From an uncultured Luteolibacter sp. (GTDB taxonomy: Bacteria; Verrucomicrobiota; Verrucomicrobiia; Verrucomicrobiales; Akkermansiaceae), in the NCBI GenBank assembly GCA_964541125.1, contig CAZIPY010000268.1:21997-85996 (forward strand): a stretch of DNA of 64,000 nt, given 5' to 3'. Under the pieces are notes generated by a model, which ran no database searches, had not been told where the DNA came from, and saw only the letters and a list, made by a program, of their open reading frames with translations. Made by a program: the position numbers and the translations under genes. Shown piece after piece: positions 55,093 through 64,000 of the stretch. Numbering within the stretch: the stretch's first letter is position 1; the number at the start of each line of letters is the position of its first letter.

Positions 55093-55105
55093 TCTGCCGG
55101 GTGCA

Positions 55106-56533
55106 TCAATCTCCGAAGCAGTCGCCCGGAGTCAGCTTCATGGTCGGAATGTCTGAGAGTTTCTTGTGAGCGGTTTTCGCGGCTTTGCCGTGAGACGTGC
55201 CCTCATGAGTTTTTGAGAACTGCTCCAGCGCGCTCAAGGCCGCATCGTTGGCGCGGCCGGACTTATTGATGATGCCCATGATCTTGTAGAACTCACGTCC
55301 ATGTTTGAGTTTCTCAGCGTTCTCAGGCTGCTTGAAGAAGGTGCCGTATTCGGCGAGCATCTCATCATAGGAGGGAATGCCGCGGTAGGTCTTCGCGTAG
55401 AGCTGGAAGTTGGTGTAGATGCCGCAGAGGTCGCCAGCCTCATTCTGTTTCTTGATCGTGGCGATGTGCGATTTGACGTTGGCGTCAATTTTGGCGGCCA
55501 GGGTCTTGGCGAAGTGGTCGTTTTTGTCGCTGCTGCGGTCCAGCTCGGCGTAGGCCTTGCCCCACTCCTGACGACCGATCAGGTCGGCTGCACGGGCGAG
55601 CGCCGGCGGAAGGTCGAGGAAGATTGGTGCATTCTTGATTTGGGCAGACTCGTTGGTTTCGATTTTGCCTCCGTTCTTCTCTGCCCACTCCAAATAGAGG
55701 GCGGCAGACTTGGGTCCGGGTACCCACCAGTTGGCGCCGCTCGGTTTGACGGTGACCTTGATGTTGTCGTGGTAGGAACGCTTGCCGTCCATGGAGATTT
55801 TGGCGGAGACGTAGCCGCCCACCTTGGAGGGTTTGACGTCGATGAGTGCGTATTTTTTGCCGGTGGGGATGTTGGCGGGAACTCGCAGGTTCATGGCCTC
55901 ACCCAGCCAGATGGCGGTGAGGTCGGTGGAACCCCGGCCACCGTGGCCGCCCTTTTCCACATGATCGATGATGGAGGTGCAGGGTTGCCCGGCACGATAA
56001 GCGGCCGTGCACCATTCGAAGTGGGATTTGCGGCGGTCGATGTTCTGATACATGTCCGCATAGGTGGCGTTGAAGAACATGGGCACGCCGGAGACGCGCT
56101 TGGGGAAGTCCATGCTCCAGAGGGCGGAGTGATCGAGGATGACGGCAATAGCGCGGTCTTGATTGGCGTGTGCCCAGTCGGCGGCGGCGCGCCCACCCTT
56201 ACTGATGCCTTGGACGATGGCGCCGGCGAATTCGATTTCGGGGCGTTCGGCAGCCTCGGCGCAGGCCTTGAGTAGTCCTTTGCTGAAGCCGCGACCTTCA
56301 TCGAGCCCTGCGATGAGCGCGACGTTGTTTTCGTAAGCGAAGGTCTTGAGCGGTCCTCCGACGTTTTGCATGACGCCGCGGATCGGCGGTTGGTTGTCGC
56401 CCTCGTAAATGGGGATGTGGATGGTGTTGGCCTTGCCTTGATGGGTCACTTGCACCGCTTGAAATTTCTCGGCGGCAAGCTTGCCGGTCAGGGCCAGGCT
56501 AAAAGTCAGGGCGAGGAGGCTGATCGTTTTCAT
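55106..56533 (-). CDS. Secreted alpha/beta-hydrolase-like protein with a helical C-terminus
   Basis: Signal peptide, GISKGG elbow and GGHGG. Confidence 0.65.
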   Translation of the reverse strand: MKTISLLALTFSLALTGKLAAEKFQAVQVTHQGKANTIHIPIYEGDNQPPIRGVMQNVGGPLKTFAYENNVALIAGLDEGRGFSKGLLKACAEAAERPEIEFAGAIVQGISKGGRAAADWAHANQDRAIAVILDHSALWSMDFPKRVSGVPMFFNATYADMYQNIDRRKSHFEWCTAAYRAGQPCTSIIDHVEKGGHGGRGSTDLTAIWLGEAMNLRVPANIPTGKKYALIDVKPSKVGGYVSAKISMDGKRSYHDNIKVTVKPSGANWWVPGPKSAALYLEWAEKNGGKIETNESAQIKNAPIFLDLPPALARAADLIGRQEWGKAYAELDRSSDKNDHFAKTLAAKIDANVKSHIATIKKQNEAGDLCGIYTNFQLYAKTYRGIPSYDEMLAEYGTFFKQPENAEKLKHGREFYKIMGIINKSGRANDAALSALEQFSKTHEGTSHGKAAKTAHKKLSDIPTMKLTPGDCFGD

Positions 56534-56750
56534 GAGTCGGGATTTCGGGCTGGGCGTTTTAAATGCATCTTATTTGAACAACCGGCAAATATTTGTTCAT
56601 CAGGGTGCTAGTACCATTTCTGACCTAGGCGACTAGGGTCTCATGGATCACGTATTGACCCACGGGATGCGTCTGAGCAGACTGCATCGCGTGAGCAATG
56701 ATCCTGATTGCATGGGTCTCTGGCGCTTTATCGAGATTCATTAGACAGTC

Positions 56751-57563
56751 GTGAGCCAATTCGATGACATCGGCAGCCCTGTCGTGGTGGCCAGCCACCC
56801 GCGCTCAGGCACACACCTCACCATCGATCTGCTGCGGCGACAGTTCGATGACTGTGCCAGCCGCAAGCTGCCCTTCCAACGGCTCGACCGTTTGTATTTA
56901 CCTCTGGGCGCACTGAACGCGGAAGGTGTAGGGGCGATCAGCGAGCAGACTGCCACCCAGACTCTGCGTAAGTCACGTAGACCGATCATCAAAACTCATG
57001 AGGCTTCAGGCTTGCATCGGCTGAAATCCAAGTACCCCCATTGGCGAGAATGGATAAACCAGAATGCCACCGTGCTGTACATCGTCAGGGACTGCCGTGC
57101 GGTGATGTGCTCCATGCATCTCTATGAGCAGAGTTTTAATCCGAAGTCACGAGGCACATTGGGTGAATTCATCAGAGGCACCCGTCATGGAGGAAGTCGG
57201 ATCAAGCGCTGGGCCGGCCATATTGAAGGCTGGCTTTCCCGCCCCAACGTGCACCCCATTCGCTTCGAGGACCTGATTCAAGATACACCGACCGTGCTTG
57301 CGGAAATGTCCAAGATTCTGAGGGTGGAGGCTTCGATGAGAATGCCTCTGTTGCCGAAATCCATCCGTGGTCTCTGGCACGGGCGTTGGCAGAGGCTAAC
57401 GGCAGTAAATCCCGAAAGCAGTGCCATTGTGGGATACTACAAGGGGCAGCGAACAAAGGACTGGCGAACGGCCTATAACCGGGAAGACCTGGACTTCATT
57501 CGTTCAGAGGCGGAACCAATCCTTGAGCGACTGGGCTATCTGGATGGGTACAGAGCTTCATGA
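56751..57563 (+). CDS. Sulfotransferase domain protein
   Basis: 5'-PSB SHPRSGTH, IKTH, 3'-PB YIVRDCRAVMCS and RFEDL. Confidence 0.88.
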   Translation: MSQFDDIGSPVVVASHPRSGTHLTIDLLRRQFDDCASRKLPFQRLDRLYLPLGALNAEGVGAISEQTATQTLRKSRRPIIKTHEASGLHRLKSKYPHWREWINQNATVLYIVRDCRAVMCSMHLYEQSFNPKSRGTLGEFIRGTRHGGSRIKRWAGHIEGWLSRPNVHPIRFEDLIQDTPTVLAEMSKILRVEASMRMPLLPKSIRGLWHGRWQRLTAVNPESSAIVGYYKGQRTKDWRTAYNREDLDFIRSEAEPILERLGYLDGYRAS

Positions 57564-57642
57564 TGGCGTCAGACATTGATTGCTCAATGGATGAAAAAAA
57601 GCACTATGAGTGGCAGCACGAGCTGCATTCCCCCCATCGCGC

Positions 57643-59550
57643 ATGATTCTTGAGATTGCCATCGCCACCGTCTCAGCTGTGGCCGCTTCACTTCTGCTGA
57701 ATCGGTTGATGCTTGTGTTGGCTCCCCGCTTGGGCCTGATGGACGATCCGGGTACCCGGCGGATTCATTCCACTCCGGTCCCGAGAGCTGGGGGGATCGC
57801 TGTGTGGGCCAGCTTCATGCTGATCCTTGTCGTGGGCCTTTCCAGTGGTCTGCTTCCGCAGAACAACAGCATATCTTGGGGTTGGCTGTCCGCCTTTGCA
57901 GCGGGTTCGGGGTTGCTGCTGGTCGTGGGGGTGATCGATGACCGAAATGGGGTGCCTGCCTTGATCAAACTCGCGGCTCACCTGATCGCTGCCTTGGTGT
58001 TTTTCCTGATTCACCCGGTACAGAGTGGCATCTTTCCCCAAGATTGGCCGCTCTGGTTTGATGGGATTCTGTTTGTGGTCTGGGCGGTTGTTCTCATCAA
58101 TGCCTTCAACCTGATCGATGGTCTGGATGGCTTGTGTGGTGGCTTGGGCGCACTTGCAACCGTTGCCTTGGGTCTCTTGTGTTTGGTCAATGATCGGGCA
58201 GATGCCGCCCTGCTATTGTTCGTCATGGCCGGAGCGCTCGCAGGCTTTCTCAAATACAATCTCAACCCGGCGAGGATTTTTCTCGGTGATGCAGGCTCCA
58301 TGCTGATCGGATTCTTCCTCGCCACCGGAGCCTCCGAGGCCGTTGGAAAGAAGGCGGTGCTCGGCATCATCTTGTTGCCCATTGCAGTCGCTGGTGTCCC
58401 ATTGCTGGATGTATTGCTCGCCGTTTGGAGGCGCAGCGCCAAGCGTGTATTTGCGAGCCTGAGTGGTGAGCAGAGCGCTGATGGAATCATGTCCGCGGAC
58501 AGCGATCATCTGCATCACCGGATCCTGCGCTCTGTCGGCTCGCAGCGCAAAGCAGCTTTGATCCTTCAGGTGATCGCGGCATTGGTCGCAACGCTCGCCT
58601 TTCTGCCTCTGTTTCTCGGTGACCGTTTGATGGCGTTTTCATTGGTGGCCTTCATCGTCATCGGCCTCGTCGGCTTTCGTTACATGATGAAGGTGGAGCT
58701 TGAACATACTGGGAGCGTCATCCACCTGGCGATCAAACTTCCCGGCCCCAGAAGACGCATTGCTGCCGCATTCTTCGCCTATGACCTACTGGCCTTGATG
58801 GCTGCTTCGGTAGCTGCAATTCTGGTTGAAACCAATTTTTTGGTACGTGGGGATGACTGGACCAACCTGATCAAATTCCTGATCATCTTCAGCGTTCTTG
58901 GGAGTGTCGTCCTGTTTGCCATCAAGGTGCATCAGCGATTATGGGTCAGGGCAACCCTGAGAGATGTCCTTTCGCTGCAGCTTGGGTTGCTCTGTGCCGC
59001 CCTTCTTTCGTTCGCCTTTTTTAGCATGATCTATGCCCGATTGGAGTGGAGCGCATTCCGCATGGCCATGATCAGCTTCGTGGCCGCCGGCATCTGCATC
59101 TCCATGCCAAGGGTGATGCTGGCTCTGGTGCGCGAACTGGCCCTCGAGGCCAGACATCAGCTTGAGAAACATGAAGCGGCGGACACCGGTTATGGCCCAT
59201 CTGTTGTGCTCGGTTCCGGAGATATGGGGGAATTGTTTCTCGAACACCTCAAATCCGGCCATGCCCATGAATATCCCAATCTCAAAATCATCGGCCTGCT
59301 TGATGAATCCGAACGACTTCACGGACGGATGATGCGCTCATTCCGCATCCTTGGAGGACTCTCTTTGATCCCTGAGCTGGTTGCAGATAGGGGTCTCAAG
59401 GGAGTCGTTGTGGCCATCACGAATCCGCGCGATCAATTGCTTGAGGAGCTCGAAGCGCTTGCCGCGGAGCATGACTTGAAGATCTATCGCTGGCGGGCTT
59501 CGCTCATGGACTTGAACGCCTCAGGTGCGGACAAGAGTGATGCTCACTGA
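57643..59550 (+). CDS. WecA/MraY-family polyprenyl-phosphate sugar-1-P transferase fused to a CapD/PglF-like membrane + Rossmann segment
   Basis: PRAGGI, GVIDD, NLIDGLDG, IFLGDAG and DHLHHR. The C-terminal part has VLGSGDMG and IGLLDE. Confidence 0.88.
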   Translation: MILEIAIATVSAVAASLLLNRLMLVLAPRLGLMDDPGTRRIHSTPVPRAGGIAVWASFMLILVVGLSSGLLPQNNSISWGWLSAFAAGSGLLLVVGVIDDRNGVPALIKLAAHLIAALVFFLIHPVQSGIFPQDWPLWFDGILFVVWAVVLINAFNLIDGLDGLCGGLGALATVALGLLCLVNDRADAALLLFVMAGALAGFLKYNLNPARIFLGDAGSMLIGFFLATGASEAVGKKAVLGIILLPIAVAGVPLLDVLLAVWRRSAKRVFASLSGEQSADGIMSADSDHLHHRILRSVGSQRKAALILQVIAALVATLAFLPLFLGDRLMAFSLVAFIVIGLVGFRYMMKVELEHTGSVIHLAIKLPGPRRRIAAAFFAYDLLALMAASVAAILVETNFLVRGDDWTNLIKFLIIFSVLGSVVLFAIKVHQRLWVRATLRDVLSLQLGLLCAALLSFAFFSMIYARLEWSAFRMAMISFVAAGICISMPRVMLALVRELALEARHQLEKHEAADTGYGPSVVLGSGDMGELFLEHLKSGHAHEYPNLKIIGLLDESERLHGRMMRSFRILGGLSLIPELVADRGLKGVVVAITNPRDQLLEELEALAAEHDLKIYRWRASLMDLNASGADKSDAH

Positions 59551-59558
59551 CCCGTGTT

Positions 59559-60995
59559 ATGCGATTCATTCGTACATCAAGCATCTGTTTGCTGGTCGCC
59601 TGCCTGGTGGTCGGACCGTTGTTGATGGGTTCCTACTACGGGTCCTGGCGCTGGCCGCTCATTTGGATCGCATCGCTGGCGGGACTGATGCTGACGCTGA
59701 TGCCACTTGAGAAAAAGGTCGGTAAGGGCGGTCGCCCTGCCCGAATTGTTCTAGTCACGCTGTTGGCTCTGCTGGCAGCCCAAGGTTTCTGGATGTGGTG
59801 GAATGCCCGAGCCAATTTCACCCAAGAAGCCAGTCTGCTCACGGGCTTCATCCCTTGGGGCTTGCTGCCACTGGAGAATGTTCCATTTCCAGACAGGCCA
59901 GGTGCTGTGGCAAAAAATGAAGCCTGGGATCGTTTAACTTACATCTGGCCGGCTCTCCTGTTGATTTGGGGGGTGGCGCGCAGCGCCTCCCGCATACCGT
60001 CCATGCATCAGTGGGTCTTTAGGGCCATCTTCATCACCGGGGCCGCGCTGTCGTTGGCAGGTCTCATCATCCGAAATTCCGCCGCCCTCACGACTTTCTG
60101 GAGCGACCAATTGGGAAATGTCTACTTCACCTATTTCTTCGCCACTTATCGGAGCCCGGGAATTGCCTCGGCCTATCTCAATGTAGCCCTTGTCATGGGA
60201 TTGTCGCTCCTTCTGCGCCGCCTTTATGCGATTGCTCGCGGAGGCAAGGGCATGCCTTCCGCCATCGGATTACTGGCCGGCTGCGTTCTGATTTTGGCAG
60301 GGGCCATGGCAGCTGGCTCCAAGGCGGGCATTATCCTCACTCTGCTTACCTTGTTGATGTGGGCCGGCCTGAATTTGCCGGAGATTCGGCGCGTGGCCCG
60401 GCATTCGAAGAAATTTTTGCCAGACCGCTTGCAGGAGAGAGTGCTCATGCTGACGACTTTGGTCTCTATCATCTTGCTGGTGGGACTAAGTGCTGTTGGC
60501 ACAACGATCCAACGCTGGCAGCAGGCGTCCGAAAGCGATTTCAGGTCCTTGGAGATCAGGGCTAACATCAATGAGACACAGATTGAAATGATCCGAGACC
60601 CGGAATGGGGTGCCTTGGGTTTTGGGCCTGGATCCTTTCACCCGCTTTTCCCTTATTATGTTGATGGAGCTCAATTGAGTGGCATGGCGGTATATGCCCA
60701 CAATGATCACCTTCAGACGCTTGTGGAATGGGGTTGGTGGGGATCGATTCTATTTGCTGCAGTATTTGCAATTCCATGGATATTTCTGCTTCCGGTGTTG
60801 CGTCCGTGGGGCCAAAATCAGACTAGTGGTCGATGGCGAATCCGGCAGCGGGGTGTCGCGATTGCCATCTTTGTGTGCCTGATTCACGCCACGATCGACT
60901 TTCCATTTCAGATTGAATCCATTGCGATCACTCTGGCTGTGCTGGTGGGCCTAGCTTGGTCCGGCTTGTTCAAGGGCCATCCCAGAACTTCCTAA
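59559..60995 (+). CDS. O-antigen ligase/polymerase (Wzy_C) family protein
   Basis: Many TMs, GSKAG, GFGPGSF, AHNDHLQTLVEWG and HATIDFP. Confidence 0.88.
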   Translation: MRFIRTSSICLLVACLVVGPLLMGSYYGSWRWPLIWIASLAGLMLTLMPLEKKVGKGGRPARIVLVTLLALLAAQGFWMWWNARANFTQEASLLTGFIPWGLLPLENVPFPDRPGAVAKNEAWDRLTYIWPALLLIWGVARSASRIPSMHQWVFRAIFITGAALSLAGLIIRNSAALTTFWSDQLGNVYFTYFFATYRSPGIASAYLNVALVMGLSLLLRRLYAIARGGKGMPSAIGLLAGCVLILAGAMAAGSKAGIILTLLTLLMWAGLNLPEIRRVARHSKKFLPDRLQERVLMLTTLVSIILLVGLSAVGTTIQRWQQASESDFRSLEIRANINETQIEMIRDPEWGALGFGPGSFHPLFPYYVDGAQLSGMAVYAHNDHLQTLVEWGWWGSILFAAVFAIPWIFLLPVLRPWGQNQTSGRWRIRQRGVAIAIFVCLIHATIDFPFQIESIAITLAVLVGLAWSGLFKGHPRTS

Positions 60996-61110
60996 ATCAG
61001 GCATAAACATTGCTCCAAGAGCCTGTATTGACCTTGACCAGCGACTGGATCAAGACCCACTATCCGGCTCAAATACGCCTAACCGAGGCATCCTTACTCT
61101 CCAAATCACC

Positions 61111-62352
61111 ATGCAGCACGCATCTCTCAACCACTCTGCCCGCCCATCACTTGCTGCGGTCATCCTGTCTATGACCGGAGTCTGTTGCGCCATTCCCACT
61201 TGGGTTTGTGCCGCCGGGATCAATAACTTCGACCTCGGTTCTGCCTTCACCGAAGCAGCGATGTCCCCTGCCGATTATGAGGGTCGCAGCTGGTTGGACG
61301 TCACCGCTAACGCTGGGATCACTTATGATGACAATATCTTTCTCGACAGCAGCGGCGAAGAAGAGGATCTGATCAGCAGATTGTCCCTGAAGTTTTCTCT
61401 GAACAACAGTGAAGACGTCAGCAACCAATGGGCTGTGTTGTACACTCCAAAGGCCCGGTTTTATGCCGATAACTCGGATCTGGATGGCTACGACCATGCG
61501 CTTAAAGCGAGTTTCACCAAGGTTTTGCCCAAGACGGAACTTTCGGTCGACGCATCGTATGACAATTACTCAGGAGCCAACGAATACGTCGGCGGCTTCA
61601 CCGATGCCTCGAATTGGGATCTCAGCGCCTCGGCCCGCCACTTGCTTACGGGCAAAATTATTCTGGACGCTAAGGTGAGCTATTCCAAGGACACCTATGA
61701 TTCCACCACCTTCTTGAGCCGCGAGAGCTACAAGGCCAGTCTTGCAGCACTTTACGAGCTGAGCGGAAAAATCAATGTGGGTCCATATGTCTCCTATGGC
61801 GAGCGCATCCCGGAGGCAGGGATCGACCACCGTGAGCTTGGCGCTGGCATTGCAATTGACTACAGGCCCACTGGAAAGATCGATCTGAGTGGTAAAATCG
61901 GCTATACGGAGACCTCATACAGTGGTGCCAGTGCTGGGCCCGACGACACCAACTTGCAATATGAGATCGGCATGAATTACCAGATGACTGGCAAGACCTC
62001 GCTGACTGCCAGCTTATATCGCAATAGTGACATTTCTTATCGGGCGGCTTCCCTTGGTCGAAGTGGCTTTGATGCCACAGGAATCAGCATTGGTGCCTCT
62101 CACCAACTCACCGGAAAAATTACCCTGAAAAGTGATCTGATCTATGAGCAGACTGACTATTATTCAGTTGCTGCTGGGGGGTCACCTACTCTTCCAGATG
62201 CTGATTACATCTCCGTCAGACTGTCCGGAGACTACAGACTGAAAGACGACCTGACCTTGGGTAGCTCCATCCTCTATCGTGACAACAGCAGGGATGGTGC
62301 GTCGTCTTACAACAACCTCCAACTGGGCCTCGATCTTAACTACACATTCTAA
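61111..62352 (+). CDS. EPS-associated outer-membrane beta-barrel (BBP2/EpsL-like)
   Basis: YDDNIF, repeated YxxTGK strands and C-terminal LNYTF. Confidence 0.82.
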   Translation: MQHASLNHSARPSLAAVILSMTGVCCAIPTWVCAAGINNFDLGSAFTEAAMSPADYEGRSWLDVTANAGITYDDNIFLDSSGEEEDLISRLSLKFSLNNSEDVSNQWAVLYTPKARFYADNSDLDGYDHALKASFTKVLPKTELSVDASYDNYSGANEYVGGFTDASNWDLSASARHLLTGKIILDAKVSYSKDTYDSTTFLSRESYKASLAALYELSGKINVGPYVSYGERIPEAGIDHRELGAGIAIDYRPTGKIDLSGKIGYTETSYSGASAGPDDTNLQYEIGMNYQMTGKTSLTASLYRNSDISYRAASLGRSGFDATGISIGASHQLTGKITLKSDLIYEQTDYYSVAAGGSPTLPDADYISVRLSGDYRLKDDLTLGSSILYRDNSRDGASSYNNLQLGLDLNYTF

Positions 62353-62420
62353 TCGCAACCCAAGCCATTGATGGGGATCATCATCTCAACGGCCACCAAA
62401 CACCAACTGATCAAAAGACC

Positions 62421-62960
62421 ATGAAAATGTTCCAATTTAGCCGCTATCACCGCCTCGCATCGGTGGTGTTCATGACATGCATCATCACTTCGCTGTCGGT
62501 CCTCAGTGCCTCTGCTACTGGGCTTCAAGTCACCACGACGGATGGAGCGACCAAAACGTATTCATCCGGCGCCAAAGGTGTTGAAATTCCCGTCGGTTCC
62601 GTTGTTGCCGTCACCTCAAACGTCGCAGGCAAGATCGTGACCAGCAAGTTTCTGGTGACCGCTCCCGATGGCATCAGCATTGCTGTGCTGACTCCCGATG
62701 AGATCAGCAAATCCGTCGACGCTTCCAAAGTGAGGCTGATCGAACAAAGCACCTCGTCCACGGATGAGAATGGTGTCACCACCATCGTGACCAAGGTCTT
62801 TCACGAGACCGGACAAGTGACCACCACCATCGTGGTCGACGAGAACGGCAATAAAACCACTTCTTCGGCCAAGACCTCAGCCACTGAACTCCTCAATGGG
62901 TTTGCTGATATCAACGAGAACAACATTGCCGACGCCGACGCCATCACGGATAACAACTAG
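62421..62960 (+). CDS. Hypothetical secreted Thr/Ser-rich protein
   Basis: Signal peptide, repeated DENG turns and C-terminal INENNI. Confidence 0.6.
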   Translation: MKMFQFSRYHRLASVVFMTCIITSLSVLSASATGLQVTTTDGATKTYSSGAKGVEIPVGSVVAVTSNVAGKIVTSKFLVTAPDGISIAVLTPDEISKSVDASKVRLIEQSTSSTDENGVTTIVTKVFHETGQVTTTIVVDENGNKTTSSAKTSATELLNGFADINENNIADADAITDNN

Positions 62961-63119
62961 GAGTCAGGCCAGGCCTCTTCGTTGCTCCGCTCTTCCATAG
63001 GCCGGGCCCATAGGCCCACATTTTGGCAGCGGCAAGTTCGGAATTCGTTGGTCTGAATGTGTCAGCAACTGACGGCTTTAGGCCTATTCCGGACTTTTGC
63101 CCTCTTTGCAATAGCCATC

Positions 63120-63926
63120 ATGAATAAGCTTCTTCTAACATGCTGTTTGAGTCTGTTCGCGCTCTGCATGAGTTCTTTGGCCGAGAAGGAGGAGGCCGAT
63201 GTTTATCTACTCAAGAAAGATGATACCGTCAGGATGTCTGTCTATCAGGAGAATGAGCTCACGACAGAGGCGCAGTTGGGCAAGGCTGGCTCGGTATCAT
63301 TTCCCCTGATCGGCAACGTCAACCTGCTGGGTCTTTCTGTAAAGGAGGCGGAAGAGACCATCAGGAAGCTTTATGAGAAGGACTATTTAGTAAGCGCTCA
63401 GGTCAATCTGGCGGTGGTTGCCTATGCCGATAAGTGGGTGATTATTGGCGGTGAGATCAATAGTCCGGGGACCATCGCCATCCCTGAAGAGGGTGCTCTG
63501 GATCTTCGCGGCGCGATTGCTCAGGCCGGTGGCCTCACCAACGAGGCTAGCAGCAGCGGCATTCTCATCAGATCAAAGGATGGCGCCACCAAATCTCTAA
63601 GTCTGGATGCCTCAGGAGGTCATGTACTGAAACACGGAGATAGCATAACGGTGCCTGTCGGCAGGCTGGAGAGATCGACCATCACCGTGACCGGGCAAGT
63701 CCAGAAACCAGGTGTGCTTGAATACCCGAAGGCGGGAAGACTAGCCATCATCACGGCAATCGCGCAGGCTGGTGATTTTTCAAGAATTGCCAACACCAAG
63801 GAGGTGGTTGTGCGTCGTGCAGGCAAGGTGATTGAGGTCAATCTCAAGAATATCAATAGCGGTAAGAGCCCCATGTTTTTTATGCAGCCGGGTGATTTGC
63901 TTATTGTGAAGGAGAGCATCTGGTGA
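63120..63926 (+). CDS. Polysaccharide export protein (Poly_export + SLBB domains, Wza-like)
   Basis: GSVSFPLIG, GEINSPG, AIAQAGG, GQVQKPG and PGDLLIV. Confidence 0.9.
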   Translation: MNKLLLTCCLSLFALCMSSLAEKEEADVYLLKKDDTVRMSVYQENELTTEAQLGKAGSVSFPLIGNVNLLGLSVKEAEETIRKLYEKDYLVSAQVNLAVVAYADKWVIIGGEINSPGTIAIPEEGALDLRGAIAQAGGLTNEASSSGILIRSKDGATKSLSLDASGGHVLKHGDSITVPVGRLERSTITVTGQVQKPGVLEYPKAGRLAIITAIAQAGDFSRIANTKEVVVRRAGKVIEVNLKNINSGKSPMFFMQPGDLLIVKESIW

Positions 63927-64000
63927 GATGAGACTCATGAAGTGACTGGATACATCCATGAGTCAGAGGCGCTTGAATCGCAAAAGGCGAATGTGGAGCC

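Noticed and set aside
1-64000. CRISPR array, tRNA/rRNA, integrase or transposase
   Set aside because: I saw no regularly spaced identical repeats, RNA-gene signatures or recombinase motifs. The repeats in 7941-10120 are coding paralogy.
63927-64000. Start of a following gene (possibly Wzc-like)
   Set aside because: Too little sequence lies inside the window to call it.

Overview
Bacterial genomic DNA, most likely Verrucomicrobiota (inferred from a PEP-CTERM protein, a DUF1592/DUF1552 pair, an SHD1-type protein and TSP3-type secreted proteins). In order, the window holds: the 3' part of a TSP3-repeat/alpha-beta-hydrolase gene with an overlapping AT-richer partner (candidate toxin-immunity pair); two tandem serpins and four paralogous small secreted proteins; two metal-uptake units with candidate DtxR/MntR and Zur-like boxes; two class A PBPs, one with a degenerate transpeptidase; a three-gene module (large secreted protein, CHASE2 adenylate cyclase, FecR-TPR-barrel protein); glycosyltransferase cassettes; DUF1592/DUF1552/ThuA genes; a PEP-CTERM gene; a winged-helix regulator with sbtA-sbtB; an amidohydrolase plus A-T-TE NRPS-like pair; a membrane-tailed helicase; and the start of an EPS export locus. 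The most striking hidden structure is at three independent sites, where accessory genes are bracketed by a diverged 70-170 bp remnant of the end of the neighbouring resident gene (PBP 5' end, regulator 3' end, sbtA/sbtB ends). No integrase or transposase is present. I saw no rRNA, tRNA or CRISPR array. All family calls come from reading motifs by eye, not from database searches.
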